Of a stretch of 64,000 nt of DNA, positions 36,556 through 45,801 are shown in pieces. Made by a program: the position numbers and the translations under genes. Under the pieces are notes generated by a model. That model had not been told where the DNA came from. It made no database searches and was given only the letters and a program-made list of their open reading frames with translations. The DNA is taken from IMG/VR virus record IMGVR_UViG_3300025128_007994; one strand, given 5' to 3'. The DNA comes from a virus. Position 1 is the first letter of the stretch; each line of letters begins with the position of its first letter.

Positions 36556-37678
36556 CGAACTTTTACCGTTTGAGGCACTTACGATCCGCGGAGGCATTAT
36601 CGAAACGGTCGCCGCGGCAACCAGAAAGGGCGCCATAAAAAGTGACGTTTACGAGGGCAAGGATCAGTTTATCGCAGTTATCTTAAGCGAACTCACACCA
36701 ACCGGATTCACTGACAAAGAAGTGGCTGGAACGTCCGGCACAACTGCCCCGGATAGTATTGCCGGCGACAAAGGTGCCATTTACGGATTTAAGGTGAGAA
36801 TCATATCGGCAGACTCGCCTCACGCTTTTTTGCCCGAACCGTGCCAGGACAGTAAAAATGAGCAGATAAACTCGATGATCAAAAATATGCATACAACAGC
36901 GCTCAGTCGCGAGTCAAACTATGCGCCGGGCCAAGAAGTTTACGTGCAGTTGGAGAAAGTAGATTTTTCGTACAACTTAGATAGTTGTTGGATTATCGGC
37001 CCATCCAACTCTGGTACCTTGTCAAAACAAGGGACTAACCTAGACTGTCTGACCTCTAAGGATGCCTTTGGCAATAAGAGAATTACTGAATACAATATAG
37101 AACTCTCAAAAGAAGGCAAAGTGGGCGGCCCATCCACAGCCGCAGATATAAACGCAGCTTATCCAGCCGCCGCAGCAGTCCCTGGCTTGGCAGAAAAAAT
37201 CGTGCAAGTAGCAAACAGCGTAGGTATTCCAGATCCTGGCTGGTTAGCTAACTTGATTAACTTTGAGAGCGGATTCGACGAGACCAAACAAAACGAGCGC
37301 GGCAGTGATTGTTGGGGACTTATTCAATTTTGCCGTACCTCCGGCGCCAAAGAAGTTGGAGCTATTTGGAAGGCCGGCGAGAGACCGCCTGACGATTTTT
37401 TGAATAACGGCCCAGTCGCACAGATGGATTATGTGGAGAAATATCTTCTCGGAGCTAAAGGAGAATATAAGACGATACAAGATGTATATGCAAGAGTGTT
37501 TTTCCCAATTTCTATGAAACATGGAGATGACTTTAGCATTTACGAATGGTACGTGGAAAACAAGGGTCAAGCCGCGGCCGATAGATACCTACGTCAAAAT
37601 CCCGGGATTGTCTACAAGGGCGATTACATAGGTAAAGCAAACGGCAAGGCAAAACTTCCCACAAGGTTGTCTTCATAA
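36548..37678 (+). CDS. Putative baseplate hub protein with a C-terminal lysozyme/SLT-like muramidase
   Basis: WLANLINFESGFD (catalytic Glu), WGLIQF and QMDYVEKY; the N-terminal beta domain has PGQEVYV; located at the start of the baseplate cluster. Confidence 0.65.
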   Translation: MSNELLPFEALTIRGGIIETVAAATRKGAIKSDVYEGKDQFIAVILSELTPTGFTDKEVAGTSGTTAPDSIAGDKGAIYGFKVRIISADSPHAFLPEPCQDSKNEQINSMIKNMHTTALSRESNYAPGQEVYVQLEKVDFSYNLDSCWIIGPSNSGTLSKQGTNLDCLTSKDAFGNKRITEYNIELSKEGKVGGPSTAADINAAYPAAAAVPGLAEKIVQVANSVGIPDPGWLANLINFESGFDETKQNERGSDCWGLIQFCRTSGAKEVGAIWKAGERPPDDFLNNGPVAQMDYVEKYLLGAKGEYKTIQDVYARVFFPISMKHGDDFSIYEWYVENKGQAAADRYLRQNPGIVYKGDYIGKANGKAKLPTRLSS

Positions 37679-37723
37679 ATAACCTAAAGCACGACTGAGC
37701 ACACGGAATAAACAGGAAAGTAG

Positions 37724-38719
37724 ATGAAAAAAATATATGATAATAAGCGCAACCGCAAAGACGGTGGTCTTGGTGATGCAACAACACAAGAAAAGGCTGA
37801 CGCTGGATTAGGATATACTTATTCTAGCAATGGGCTATTTCATACAGCAATACCTCTGCGGACGTTATCCTACAAATCAGCCCCCAACGAACAGGTTATC
37901 AACCAAGCCGGTTCATACATTGTTTTAGGAACAGACCGTCCTGATAGTGCAGCATCTGGTTATGGCGCCATTGGTTCCAACATTGCAAACTCTATTGACT
38001 TGGTTGTCGGAAGAATGTCAAGCGCGAATGGTGGCGACGGCCCTCCCGGCCAAGGAGAGGGTACCGCACAGACTGACAACTCATTTTTTGCTGACGCCGC
38101 AAGAATACATATAAGCCAACTGACCGATATTGATAAAAACTTTGGGCTCGCTAGCGGATTTGCAGATCCCAATCGCGGCCGATCGGGCATCGGCTTAAAA
38201 GCAGATGCAATTAGAGTCATTGGCCGAGAGGGTGTCAAAATAATAACAGGAGAGGCTGATAGCGTCGAGGGCTACGCATTATCCGGAGAGACAAACTCTT
38301 TAGGCGGCAAGATTGTCAAGCAGGCCCCACAGATTGATTTAGTGGCTGGCAATATCAACAGCAGCTATATTACATTTGGCGGGATCCTCCACCCACTTGA
38401 AAACATCAATAACTTACAGCCAGCCGTCCGCGGAGAACTCGCTCGTGATGCTTTTATTGAACTCAGTGACATTCTTGGCGATCTATGGTCATCATTGTAT
38501 GTCACGTCATTAGTACAAGTAATATTCAATGCTATTTTAGGCATCTCTTTTATGGAGCCATGGCGCGCCGGCGCCTCGTCTGCAATAGTCTCAGCGCAGT
38601 TGAACTGGGTTATGAATACGATGTATCATGTTAGAATCAACAAAGACAACTGGGAGTTTAATTACTGCAATCCCGGCGGTTATAAGTATATCTGTAGCAG
38701 AAACGTTAACATAACGTAA
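37724..38719 (+). CDS. Putative baseplate spike protein (gp5 C-terminal-like)
   Basis: GSYIVLG, SIDLVVGR, DAARIHISQ and IGLKADAIRVIGREGVKII beta-repeat pattern; gene context. Confidence 0.5.
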   Translation: MKKIYDNKRNRKDGGLGDATTQEKADAGLGYTYSSNGLFHTAIPLRTLSYKSAPNEQVINQAGSYIVLGTDRPDSAASGYGAIGSNIANSIDLVVGRMSSANGGDGPPGQGEGTAQTDNSFFADAARIHISQLTDIDKNFGLASGFADPNRGRSGIGLKADAIRVIGREGVKIITGEADSVEGYALSGETNSLGGKIVKQAPQIDLVAGNINSSYITFGGILHPLENINNLQPAVRGELARDAFIELSDILGDLWSSLYVTSLVQVIFNAILGISFMEPWRAGASSAIVSAQLNWVMNTMYHVRINKDNWEFNYCNPGGYKYICSRNVNIT

Positions 38720-38732
38720 AGGAAATAGTGGT

Positions 38733-41700
38733 ATGGCTAAAAGTCGTGTAGATAAAACAATGGTTCCGATACCGGAAAGAATGCCCAAAGATGGCACCTC
38801 TCCGTATCTAAAATTTCAAGATAAGAACGGAGATGGCTTACCGGATGTCTGTGACGTTTCGGTATCTCCTGGAAAAGTATGCTTGGACTGTGTCCCCAAC
38901 CCGTACGCGATCAACAGTAACTGGCGTGACCGCAGCCAGACGGATCCTATACTAAACGAGAAGAATTGTAAATACCAAATCACCTTTGTGACACCAGAAA
39001 CCACAACTGGATACACAGAAGGTATGACTGACGAGGAAGCTGACGAGGCTCTGAAAGAAAAGTTCGAGAAGTACGGCCGCGATGCGATTCAAATGATGCT
39101 AGAAGAGTTTCAAAAAGATGATTCTTTTGCAACTGTAGAGAACGTGCTCAAGGTAACAGAGTTTACTGACTTTCATTTAGAACCACGGCAAGGTTCACGA
39201 TTGAAGCTTCTCTATTCAGTGGACTTCTCAACAGTGTTTGGGCTCCCCGAGATACAACTTGATGACGGCGAGCCAGAAGAAGTAGAAAAAGACGATATAA
39301 AGGTCAAGTTTACTACGGCCGAAATGACGCCCATGAATATCAGAGTCAGAAAGGGACTCAATTTATACAACAGATATTTGAAAGTGTTTACGGGAACGCA
39401 AGGCGGCCATCTAAAGTTTAAAAAAGACGACAGGTATTTTGACCTTTCGGATTACGGAGATGATGGTCTTTTTGGGACATCAGCGCTTGGAACACTGTAC
39501 AGCGACTTAGACTCATGGCTTAGCAGCCGCGGCTTCACGATGTCAGTAAGTTTTTGGGACCTGTTCAGTTCAGACGAGCTTATGACTAAGCTGGTAATGG
39601 TCTTTGATGGCAATTACAACATTAAAAAAATGCAAGTATATACTGAGGGCTGCGGTGATCGGCCGGCTGCTACATATAAAAAGAATCGATTAAGATCTTT
39701 ACGCCGGCGAGGTAGCTGGAAAGACAAGACCGCAGTGGCATATTTCGCAAGAATGCAAGAAATGGACAGAGGCTTCAAGGCCCGACGCCCCAAGCCATGG
39801 ATTGAGTTTCTCGAAGAGTTTACTTACCCTGAAATATATGCGTGGCAGCCTGAAGGCGATATAGGAGAACCTACAACATCAGCTTGTATCCAGAACAATC
39901 TTGAGAATGAGTTTAAAGACTTGGGTCAGGATATCTTTGACGAAGTTTTCTCTATTGGAGATGCTGTTGCAAAGGCCTTCCATGATAATCTGTGTCGCCT
40001 GGATCCAGACGAAGTAAAGAGAGATCTTGGAGAAATGGGCCTAAACCAGGGCGCCCCAGGCCTCTCGAATCCTCATAATATGCAAAGTAATGCGCGCATG
40101 CAGGCCTATTACAGGATTGACGAAAAAGATCCAATTTTTGTAAACATGTGCAAGAGAGCCATAATGTATAAGGGCTTCGGCGGAATGGGTATGGGCTCTC
40201 TAGATCAATTATACAAACATGGCCTCGGTCCTCTTAAATATTGTGGTCTGTATGATCTTATGTTCGAAGCGATTGAGTGCTTATTTAAAGGATTGACTTT
40301 GGCTGAAGCACTCGGCCGAATAATATTAACTGCTCTCAAGGCAATGGGAGTTCGAGATTTTGGAGTACTGTTTGTTGGCTTACCTCCTGAAAAACGCGCT
40401 GAACTCGATGCACTTGTCAAAAAGAATTTAAAATCTGGAAAAACGTTTGAAGCACTCGATGATAAATCGCCACGCGCTGAAGATGCACCATTTTTTGGTG
40501 AAGTGAACTTTGTAAAACCGTGGGAAGACGAAGCATTTGTTGAGCACCAAGAAAAAACGAGTAGGCCCGACGCATTCGGTGCCCAGGTGCCTTCCAAGAA
40601 TAAAGATATTAGCAATTACGACCCCACTGTACAGCGCCGCACTCTGGGCCAGCAACTAGCCGGCCCGTCTGCACAACAGAAGTCACAGCTAGATTCCCAG
40701 AAAGTGTTTGATGCATACATCCTCGCGCTAATCGAAGTGTATGAGGATAACTACCTAGCACTCCTCGACCATATGAGCGGCTTCCCGGGAGCGCAGTTGA
40801 TTGCCGCTGTCATCGCACTGCTTGATTGTCCGCAGCCACCTTTATTTAATCCAGGTATTATGGACTTTGTCAAGAGTTTAGGCATGCCCTTCTGCAGAAA
40901 TCAAGTTGATATTACTTCGATTAGAATGGAGAATCCATTTAGAATGTGGCCAAAGCTAGCTGATATTCTTGGGCTTCTTTTCTTCTTGCTAAAACAGGCT
41001 TTCTGGGCTCTTCTGGCAAAAATTCTTCTAGCAATTCTTGGCAAGATTTGTGAGATTATTGGTAACGCAATTTGCAAGGCTCTGGAAACCGTAGGGGAAG
41101 TTGTAGCTGCGCTGCCCAGCGCTATCGCCGGCCGCACAAACTTGTTTGATGTCATTAGGGACACGATCTGTGGCCCCACTGTTAGCAACGAACAAGTGGA
41201 GAACACAGTTGTTGAGATCGTGAACCAACTGGGTGTTGGTGGTGCTGCGCTAGCAGACCGCGATAGGGCGATTAGCTTCTTTGCAGATTCAATGAACGCT
41301 ATGACCAGACAGGAGGCGTTTGAAGCTATGCTCGATGGCCCATCCGCCATGGCGCTGGATATCATAGATGGCATTGTGGAGCACGATTACCCAGAGTATC
41401 GCGAAGCTCTGCCAAACAAGTCATCGATATCTAAGTTTTACAAAAACGTAGGCCTATTGATGCCGGCAGAGTCAAGAAACGAGCTAAGGGATATATTGGA
41501 AGCCTTCCCAGAAGAACTAAATGCGCCAGTTAATCCTTCAATGTGTTCGACGCCAGAAGAGTTAGAATTATTCAATGAGAAGCGTTGTTCGTTATTGGAA
41601 GGACGCATGTCTCCGGCACAGTGTGAGGCACTCAACATGAGCGCCAAAGCGCAATTGTTAGAAGACCTAGACGATATTGGAAAGGTCATACATGAGGGGA

Positions 41701-44700
41701 TACCAAACATAGTAGAAGCCAACATGCCACCGTTCTTTTCTGATCCCGGCTGTGACAATGGCCTGATGCCGATTGAGCCAGAGCCTGCAAAAATAGTTGC
41801 AACGACTGCCCTTAAGGGAGAGATGGATAAAATCAAGCTTGCATATACTGAAGATATGCTTGGTGAAGGTGCATTCTTTTATCAACAAAAGAACTGGGGC
41901 CTCCTTAACATGGTACTCTCGGATACTTACGGAAATCCTTGGACTGTTCACCAAGACAAGGTCGCGTCCGGCGCACGCTGGGTCGACTACTACGGAGAAT
42001 TCTCTGAAAACGAGTTGACACCAGCGCCATCGGTCCCCGCTAATCCGTTTATGTTACCAGTATGGATGGTGCAACTCATAGTATGGATTACAATACTACC
42101 GCTAGAAGTAGTAATCAACTTTATGATTGGACTGTTTGCCGGTGAAGCCCGCGGCGCATATCCGCAATATGTTGCTGGCTGGCTCCGCGGACAGTTTTTG
42201 CCCGAAACCACACCATATCAAACCCAAGGAACTTCCACAAGTGTGTCCAAACCAAACGGCACCTACATCGCAGATTTGCGGGGCCCCATGGGAGAAATTG
42301 GGTTTAACAGCACAAACGACAAAAGAAAGACAAAGCGGTGGAGCAAATCTTTCAGTGATTTAGGATTTGTTGGATTTCTGTGGGATACAGATGTTGAATT
42401 GGTGGACATGCCAAACCATGGCTATAATGCTGCCCACAGAGTGGACTTCGAAAATGACAGAGTAGTAATTACTCGTAAAGCCAGAAAAGATACAGCAGAT
42501 GTCACTCTTAAATTTAAAGATAACGCTAAGGGCTACCGCGCTCGCGGCAGGTCTGACGAGGACTGGGCCTACGGCTTCAACCTCCGCGCATACTACTCAG
42601 ATTTAATCAAGAAAGACGGCGCGTATGTAAACCGTCCGGACGATAATACCAGAGTGTCAGTCATTTCCATGGTTAATATGGCTGCAGAAACAGCCGCTTC
42701 GGCACTTGAGTTGGTTCCAGAAGAGGATCGCCCGGGGATGTTTGAAGATGAGCCCGCCATAATTAAAGATAGAAGATATGAGTTTCTTTCTGTAGACAAC
42801 GGCCTTGACAACATAGACCTTATAAACTTTCCCGAGTTAGCAAAAACATTTGAGGGATACAAAAGTTATTCACCACCCGTTGCCGCTTTGCATGATTTAA
42901 CCAATGGCGCCTTGTCAATTGATGCAGCAAGGGGTTTATATAACCGGGTTAATAAAGGCTTCTACAACACGTTTGCTGGAGAAATAGGAAACAATGACAA
43001 AGGTTGGCTCTTTGGCGCTGTTGCTGATCCGCTCACACGCTCAGACTTTGATTTAGGGGTCATATTGGACGCAGACTTGGCACGCGATAACGATGACTAC
43101 GGCGTAGGCGACTTTGTATCAGTGTATAAACTAAAAGTAAGAGATGACGACGGCGATCTTAACTTCGTCAGCAGCGAGGACGGAATTCTAGGAATCAGCA
43201 GAAATGAATATGATAATCTTGATAATCCTGAGAACACCAGAGTGTTCTATCTGGATCCTGGCAAGTATGGGGGAAGCTACATGTTCCCGCCTGTTTATAC
43301 AAAGCCACTGCCTAACTCAGGCTGGACTGGCATGGTTGACCTGCTGTTCCCAGAAAGAAGCCCGTGTGACCCCAAGACTGACGGTATTGCTAACTTCTCG
43401 CAAATCAGTCAAATGATTGACACATACTATCCAAGAATCCCCGAAGACAAGAGGTTGCTGGGCGATGAAGACTGTATCTTAGAGGTACCCTTTAATCGAA
43501 TTTTAACCCGTCCATCAAAGGCTGCAATCCGCGGACTGGTCATGGCCGGCATCAAGACTTTTGCCAGTACTGGATTTGTAAAATCGATAGCAACGTTTAC
43601 AAAGTTTGCTCCTGACTTTGAGCACAACTACAGTAAGATATATGCAGGGTACATTGTGGAAGCTATGAAAGAGGCCATGATGTCAACAGGAGGCAATTTC
43701 CTCAATCCGTTTAACGATACAGAGTTCTGGTATGCCTATCTTGAACAGGCAGTGCAGATGTACTCAGATCGTCTAGACGATGAACTAGACGAAACCTTTA
43801 CGGCCAGCAACTGTCCTCAATCGGTCCAAGAAGCATTAGAAAAAATTAATAATATGCAATCAGGCTATAAGTACCCATTTGACTTCGATGACTACAACAG
43901 CGAAGATTATGGCACCTTTGAATCCATGAAGAGCTTCAGAGAGAGTAAGAATCTAGAAGCAGTAAAGAAAGTTGAAAGCGAAGCCAAGATTGTAATGCAA
44001 GAGTTGGTGTTAGAACAGCTTAAACTTCTTTCAGAGGTATTTACCAAGAATTGCTCCAGAGCAGGTTTCGATCCAGCAATCACAAATATGAATTATTATT
44101 TCTTCAACAATTTTTGTAATGGTGGCGAAGGCCTACAGCTTCACGGCGAGTTCGTAGAGAAGCCTGCCGCGGGCTCCCTGCCATCTGAGGGAACCAATCT
44201 ATATACGACCGGTGACATGTTGGCTCTTCCGAGCGGCATACCATATGTTGGAGAATATCATGTGCATAAAGATGTTGATGGTACCAGTATCTACATGGCC
44301 GGCGCTGAACATTCTGAATTAGAAGAGCATGACAGGCTCATTCCCTTTGCCAATGTCATGGAAGTGTTTACAAAACAGAAAATAGATGGAATGGTGTCTG
44401 AAAGTCTATTGGGAGACATTGGCTCAAGCATCGGCGAAAAAACTTTCTATCTGAAAAAATATGTAAGCGTTGCCGGCGCCTCCATGACGTCTGCAGCAGC
44501 AGAGGCGCAGATTCGCGGTAAAGGAAGCGGAAACTTATCGGATTATTACCCGGGCACACTAGAGCTTGTGCAGCCGCCTATACGCGGTAATGGTCGTGAC
44601 CATGTGGGGACTGCCCCAGCGATTGGAATAACTGGTAATATTGGTGTCCAATATGTTTTAGAATTTGGTATTGCCGCCGGCGATTCTGTTGGTTCTCCAA

Positions 44701-45377
44701 TCCCAATTGCAGAAGCAAGAATCGATGCCCTAGATCTGCCAGTGTCACAGTTTAAGGGGATTTCACCAAATAGCAAACTCTTACTCTGCTTGCTTAACAA
44801 TCTTCAAGATGATACTAACTTCAGGCTCACGCTTGATTATATCTTCCCAATGAAGAAGGCGCTCTCAATGCTGGCGATTTATAACGACCTAGGGCTCTTG
44901 CCCTCTGTGGGCGAATTAACAGTCGAAAAGGGAGATATGACTTCATCTTCCGAAAAAGAAAAACCTGGCGGCAGAATAACTGGCGCGGCCCTTGAGACTG
45001 TGACTTCGGCTGACGGTACTGAACACCAGAAGCTATCACTTAACTCAGCCTGGACAGCCGGCTGGGCATCTGAAGATGATAGAAACGGGTTCCTTAGTAG
45101 CTTCGGCTATCTAGATTGGGATGAATGGGATAAGCAGCCGCTTAGAAACACCACAAGAACAATCAAAGATATCTTCAAGATCTATTATCGCGATCGTAAG
45201 TTTAATGTCCTAGAATCCTCGGGCCCCTCAATAGTGGATCAATTTACTGCCGGCATTGTAGAAAGATTTAGATTCAACCCAGCAATGAAGATTCTGCCTT
45301 GGTTCCAAAAATCTCAAGTCCGCGGAAATATATTTAACGCAGATGGCGCCGAGTGTTCCAAGAAAAATTCAAGTTGA
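38733..45377 (+). CDS. 2214-aa putative virion structural protein (baseplate/tail)
   Basis: Long ORF between the spike-like and gp25-like genes; DKNGDGLPD Ca-binding-like loop and two long hydrophobic segments. Confidence 0.6.
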   Translation: MAKSRVDKTMVPIPERMPKDGTSPYLKFQDKNGDGLPDVCDVSVSPGKVCLDCVPNPYAINSNWRDRSQTDPILNEKNCKYQITFVTPETTTGYTEGMTDEEADEALKEKFEKYGRDAIQMMLEEFQKDDSFATVENVLKVTEFTDFHLEPRQGSRLKLLYSVDFSTVFGLPEIQLDDGEPEEVEKDDIKVKFTTAEMTPMNIRVRKGLNLYNRYLKVFTGTQGGHLKFKKDDRYFDLSDYGDDGLFGTSALGTLYSDLDSWLSSRGFTMSVSFWDLFSSDELMTKLVMVFDGNYNIKKMQVYTEGCGDRPAATYKKNRLRSLRRRGSWKDKTAVAYFARMQEMDRGFKARRPKPWIEFLEEFTYPEIYAWQPEGDIGEPTTSACIQNNLENEFKDLGQDIFDEVFSIGDAVAKAFHDNLCRLDPDEVKRDLGEMGLNQGAPGLSNPHNMQSNARMQAYYRIDEKDPIFVNMCKRAIMYKGFGGMGMGSLDQLYKHGLGPLKYCGLYDLMFEAIECLFKGLTLAEALGRIILTALKAMGVRDFGVLFVGLPPEKRAELDALVKKNLKSGKTFEALDDKSPRAEDAPFFGEVNFVKPWEDEAFVEHQEKTSRPDAFGAQVPSKNKDISNYDPTVQRRTLGQQLAGPSAQQKSQLDSQKVFDAYILALIEVYEDNYLALLDHMSGFPGAQLIAAVIALLDCPQPPLFNPGIMDFVKSLGMPFCRNQVDITSIRMENPFRMWPKLADILGLLFFLLKQAFWALLAKILLAILGKICEIIGNAICKALETVGEVVAALPSAIAGRTNLFDVIRDTICGPTVSNEQVENTVVEIVNQLGVGGAALADRDRAISFFADSMNAMTRQEAFEAMLDGPSAMALDIIDGIVEHDYPEYREALPNKSSISKFYKNVGLLMPAESRNELRDILEAFPEELNAPVNPSMCSTPEELELFNEKRCSLLEGRMSPAQCEALNMSAKAQLLEDLDDIGKVIHEGIPNIVEANMPPFFSDPGCDNGLMPIEPEPAKIVATTALKGEMDKIKLAYTEDMLGEGAFFYQQKNWGLLNMVLSDTYGNPWTVHQDKVASGARWVDYYGEFSENELTPAPSVPANPFMLPVWMVQLIVWITILPLEVVINFMIGLFAGEARGAYPQYVAGWLRGQFLPETTPYQTQGTSTSVSKPNGTYIADLRGPMGEIGFNSTNDKRKTKRWSKSFSDLGFVGFLWDTDVELVDMPNHGYNAAHRVDFENDRVVITRKARKDTADVTLKFKDNAKGYRARGRSDEDWAYGFNLRAYYSDLIKKDGAYVNRPDDNTRVSVISMVNMAAETAASALELVPEEDRPGMFEDEPAIIKDRRYEFLSVDNGLDNIDLINFPELAKTFEGYKSYSPPVAALHDLTNGALSIDAARGLYNRVNKGFYNTFAGEIGNNDKGWLFGAVADPLTRSDFDLGVILDADLARDNDDYGVGDFVSVYKLKVRDDDGDLNFVSSEDGILGISRNEYDNLDNPENTRVFYLDPGKYGGSYMFPPVYTKPLPNSGWTGMVDLLFPERSPCDPKTDGIANFSQISQMIDTYYPRIPEDKRLLGDEDCILEVPFNRILTRPSKAAIRGLVMAGIKTFASTGFVKSIATFTKFAPDFEHNYSKIYAGYIVEAMKEAMMSTGGNFLNPFNDTEFWYAYLEQAVQMYSDRLDDELDETFTASNCPQSVQEALEKINNMQSGYKYPFDFDDYNSEDYGTFESMKSFRESKNLEAVKKVESEAKIVMQELVLEQLKLLSEVFTKNCSRAGFDPAITNMNYYFFNNFCNGGEGLQLHGEFVEKPAAGSLPSEGTNLYTTGDMLALPSGIPYVGEYHVHKDVDGTSIYMAGAEHSELEEHDRLIPFANVMEVFTKQKIDGMVSESLLGDIGSSIGEKTFYLKKYVSVAGASMTSAAAEAQIRGKGSGNLSDYYPGTLELVQPPIRGNGRDHVGTAPAIGITGNIGVQYVLEFGIAAGDSVGSPIPIAEARIDALDLPVSQFKGISPNSKLLLCLLNNLQDDTNFRLTLDYIFPMKKALSMLAIYNDLGLLPSVGELTVEKGDMTSSSEKEKPGGRITGAALETVTSADGTEHQKLSLNSAWTAGWASEDDRNGFLSSFGYLDWDEWDKQPLRNTTRTIKDIFKIYYRDRKFNVLESSGPSIVDQFTAGIVERFRFNPAMKILPWFQKSQVRGNIFNADGAECSKKNSS

Positions 45378-45418
45378 TTAAATAAGTTTAAGTGCTAAAT
45401 ACTTAATAAAGGAAAAAC

Positions 45419-45787
45419 ATGTCATCCCTCTCAGTTAAATTGCCGATTGCCAGAGATTCTGGTGATGGCTTTGAAATGATCAAAAGTTTTAGAACCCTAG
45501 TGAAACAAAACTTTAAAATGTTATTGTTAACGAATAAGGGTGAGCGTGTCATGGAACCAGATTTTGGCGTTGGGATGAACAAGTATCTGTTTGAGAATTT
45601 TAACCAAAGTACATTTTCTAAAATAGAAAGAGATATCTTTGAACAAACTAGTATTTATTTACCCTCAGTTAGCATACAAGAAATTAGTTTTGATGAGGTC
45701 GCGCAAAGCAACAATGCCTTAAATGTTAGAATCAGATACACAATACCAAATTTAAATATTAAAGATTTGTTAGAATTTACTATTTAA
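45419..45787 (+). CDS. Baseplate wedge subunit, gp25-like (GPW_gp25)
   Basis: QNFKMLLLTNKGERVMEPDFGVGMNKYLFE signature. Confidence 0.9.
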   Translation: MSSLSVKLPIARDSGDGFEMIKSFRTLVKQNFKMLLLTNKGERVMEPDFGVGMNKYLFENFNQSTFSKIERDIFEQTSIYLPSVSIQEISFDEVAQSNNALNVRIRYTIPNLNIKDLLEFTI

Positions 45788-45801
45788 ATTGAGGATTTTT
45801 T

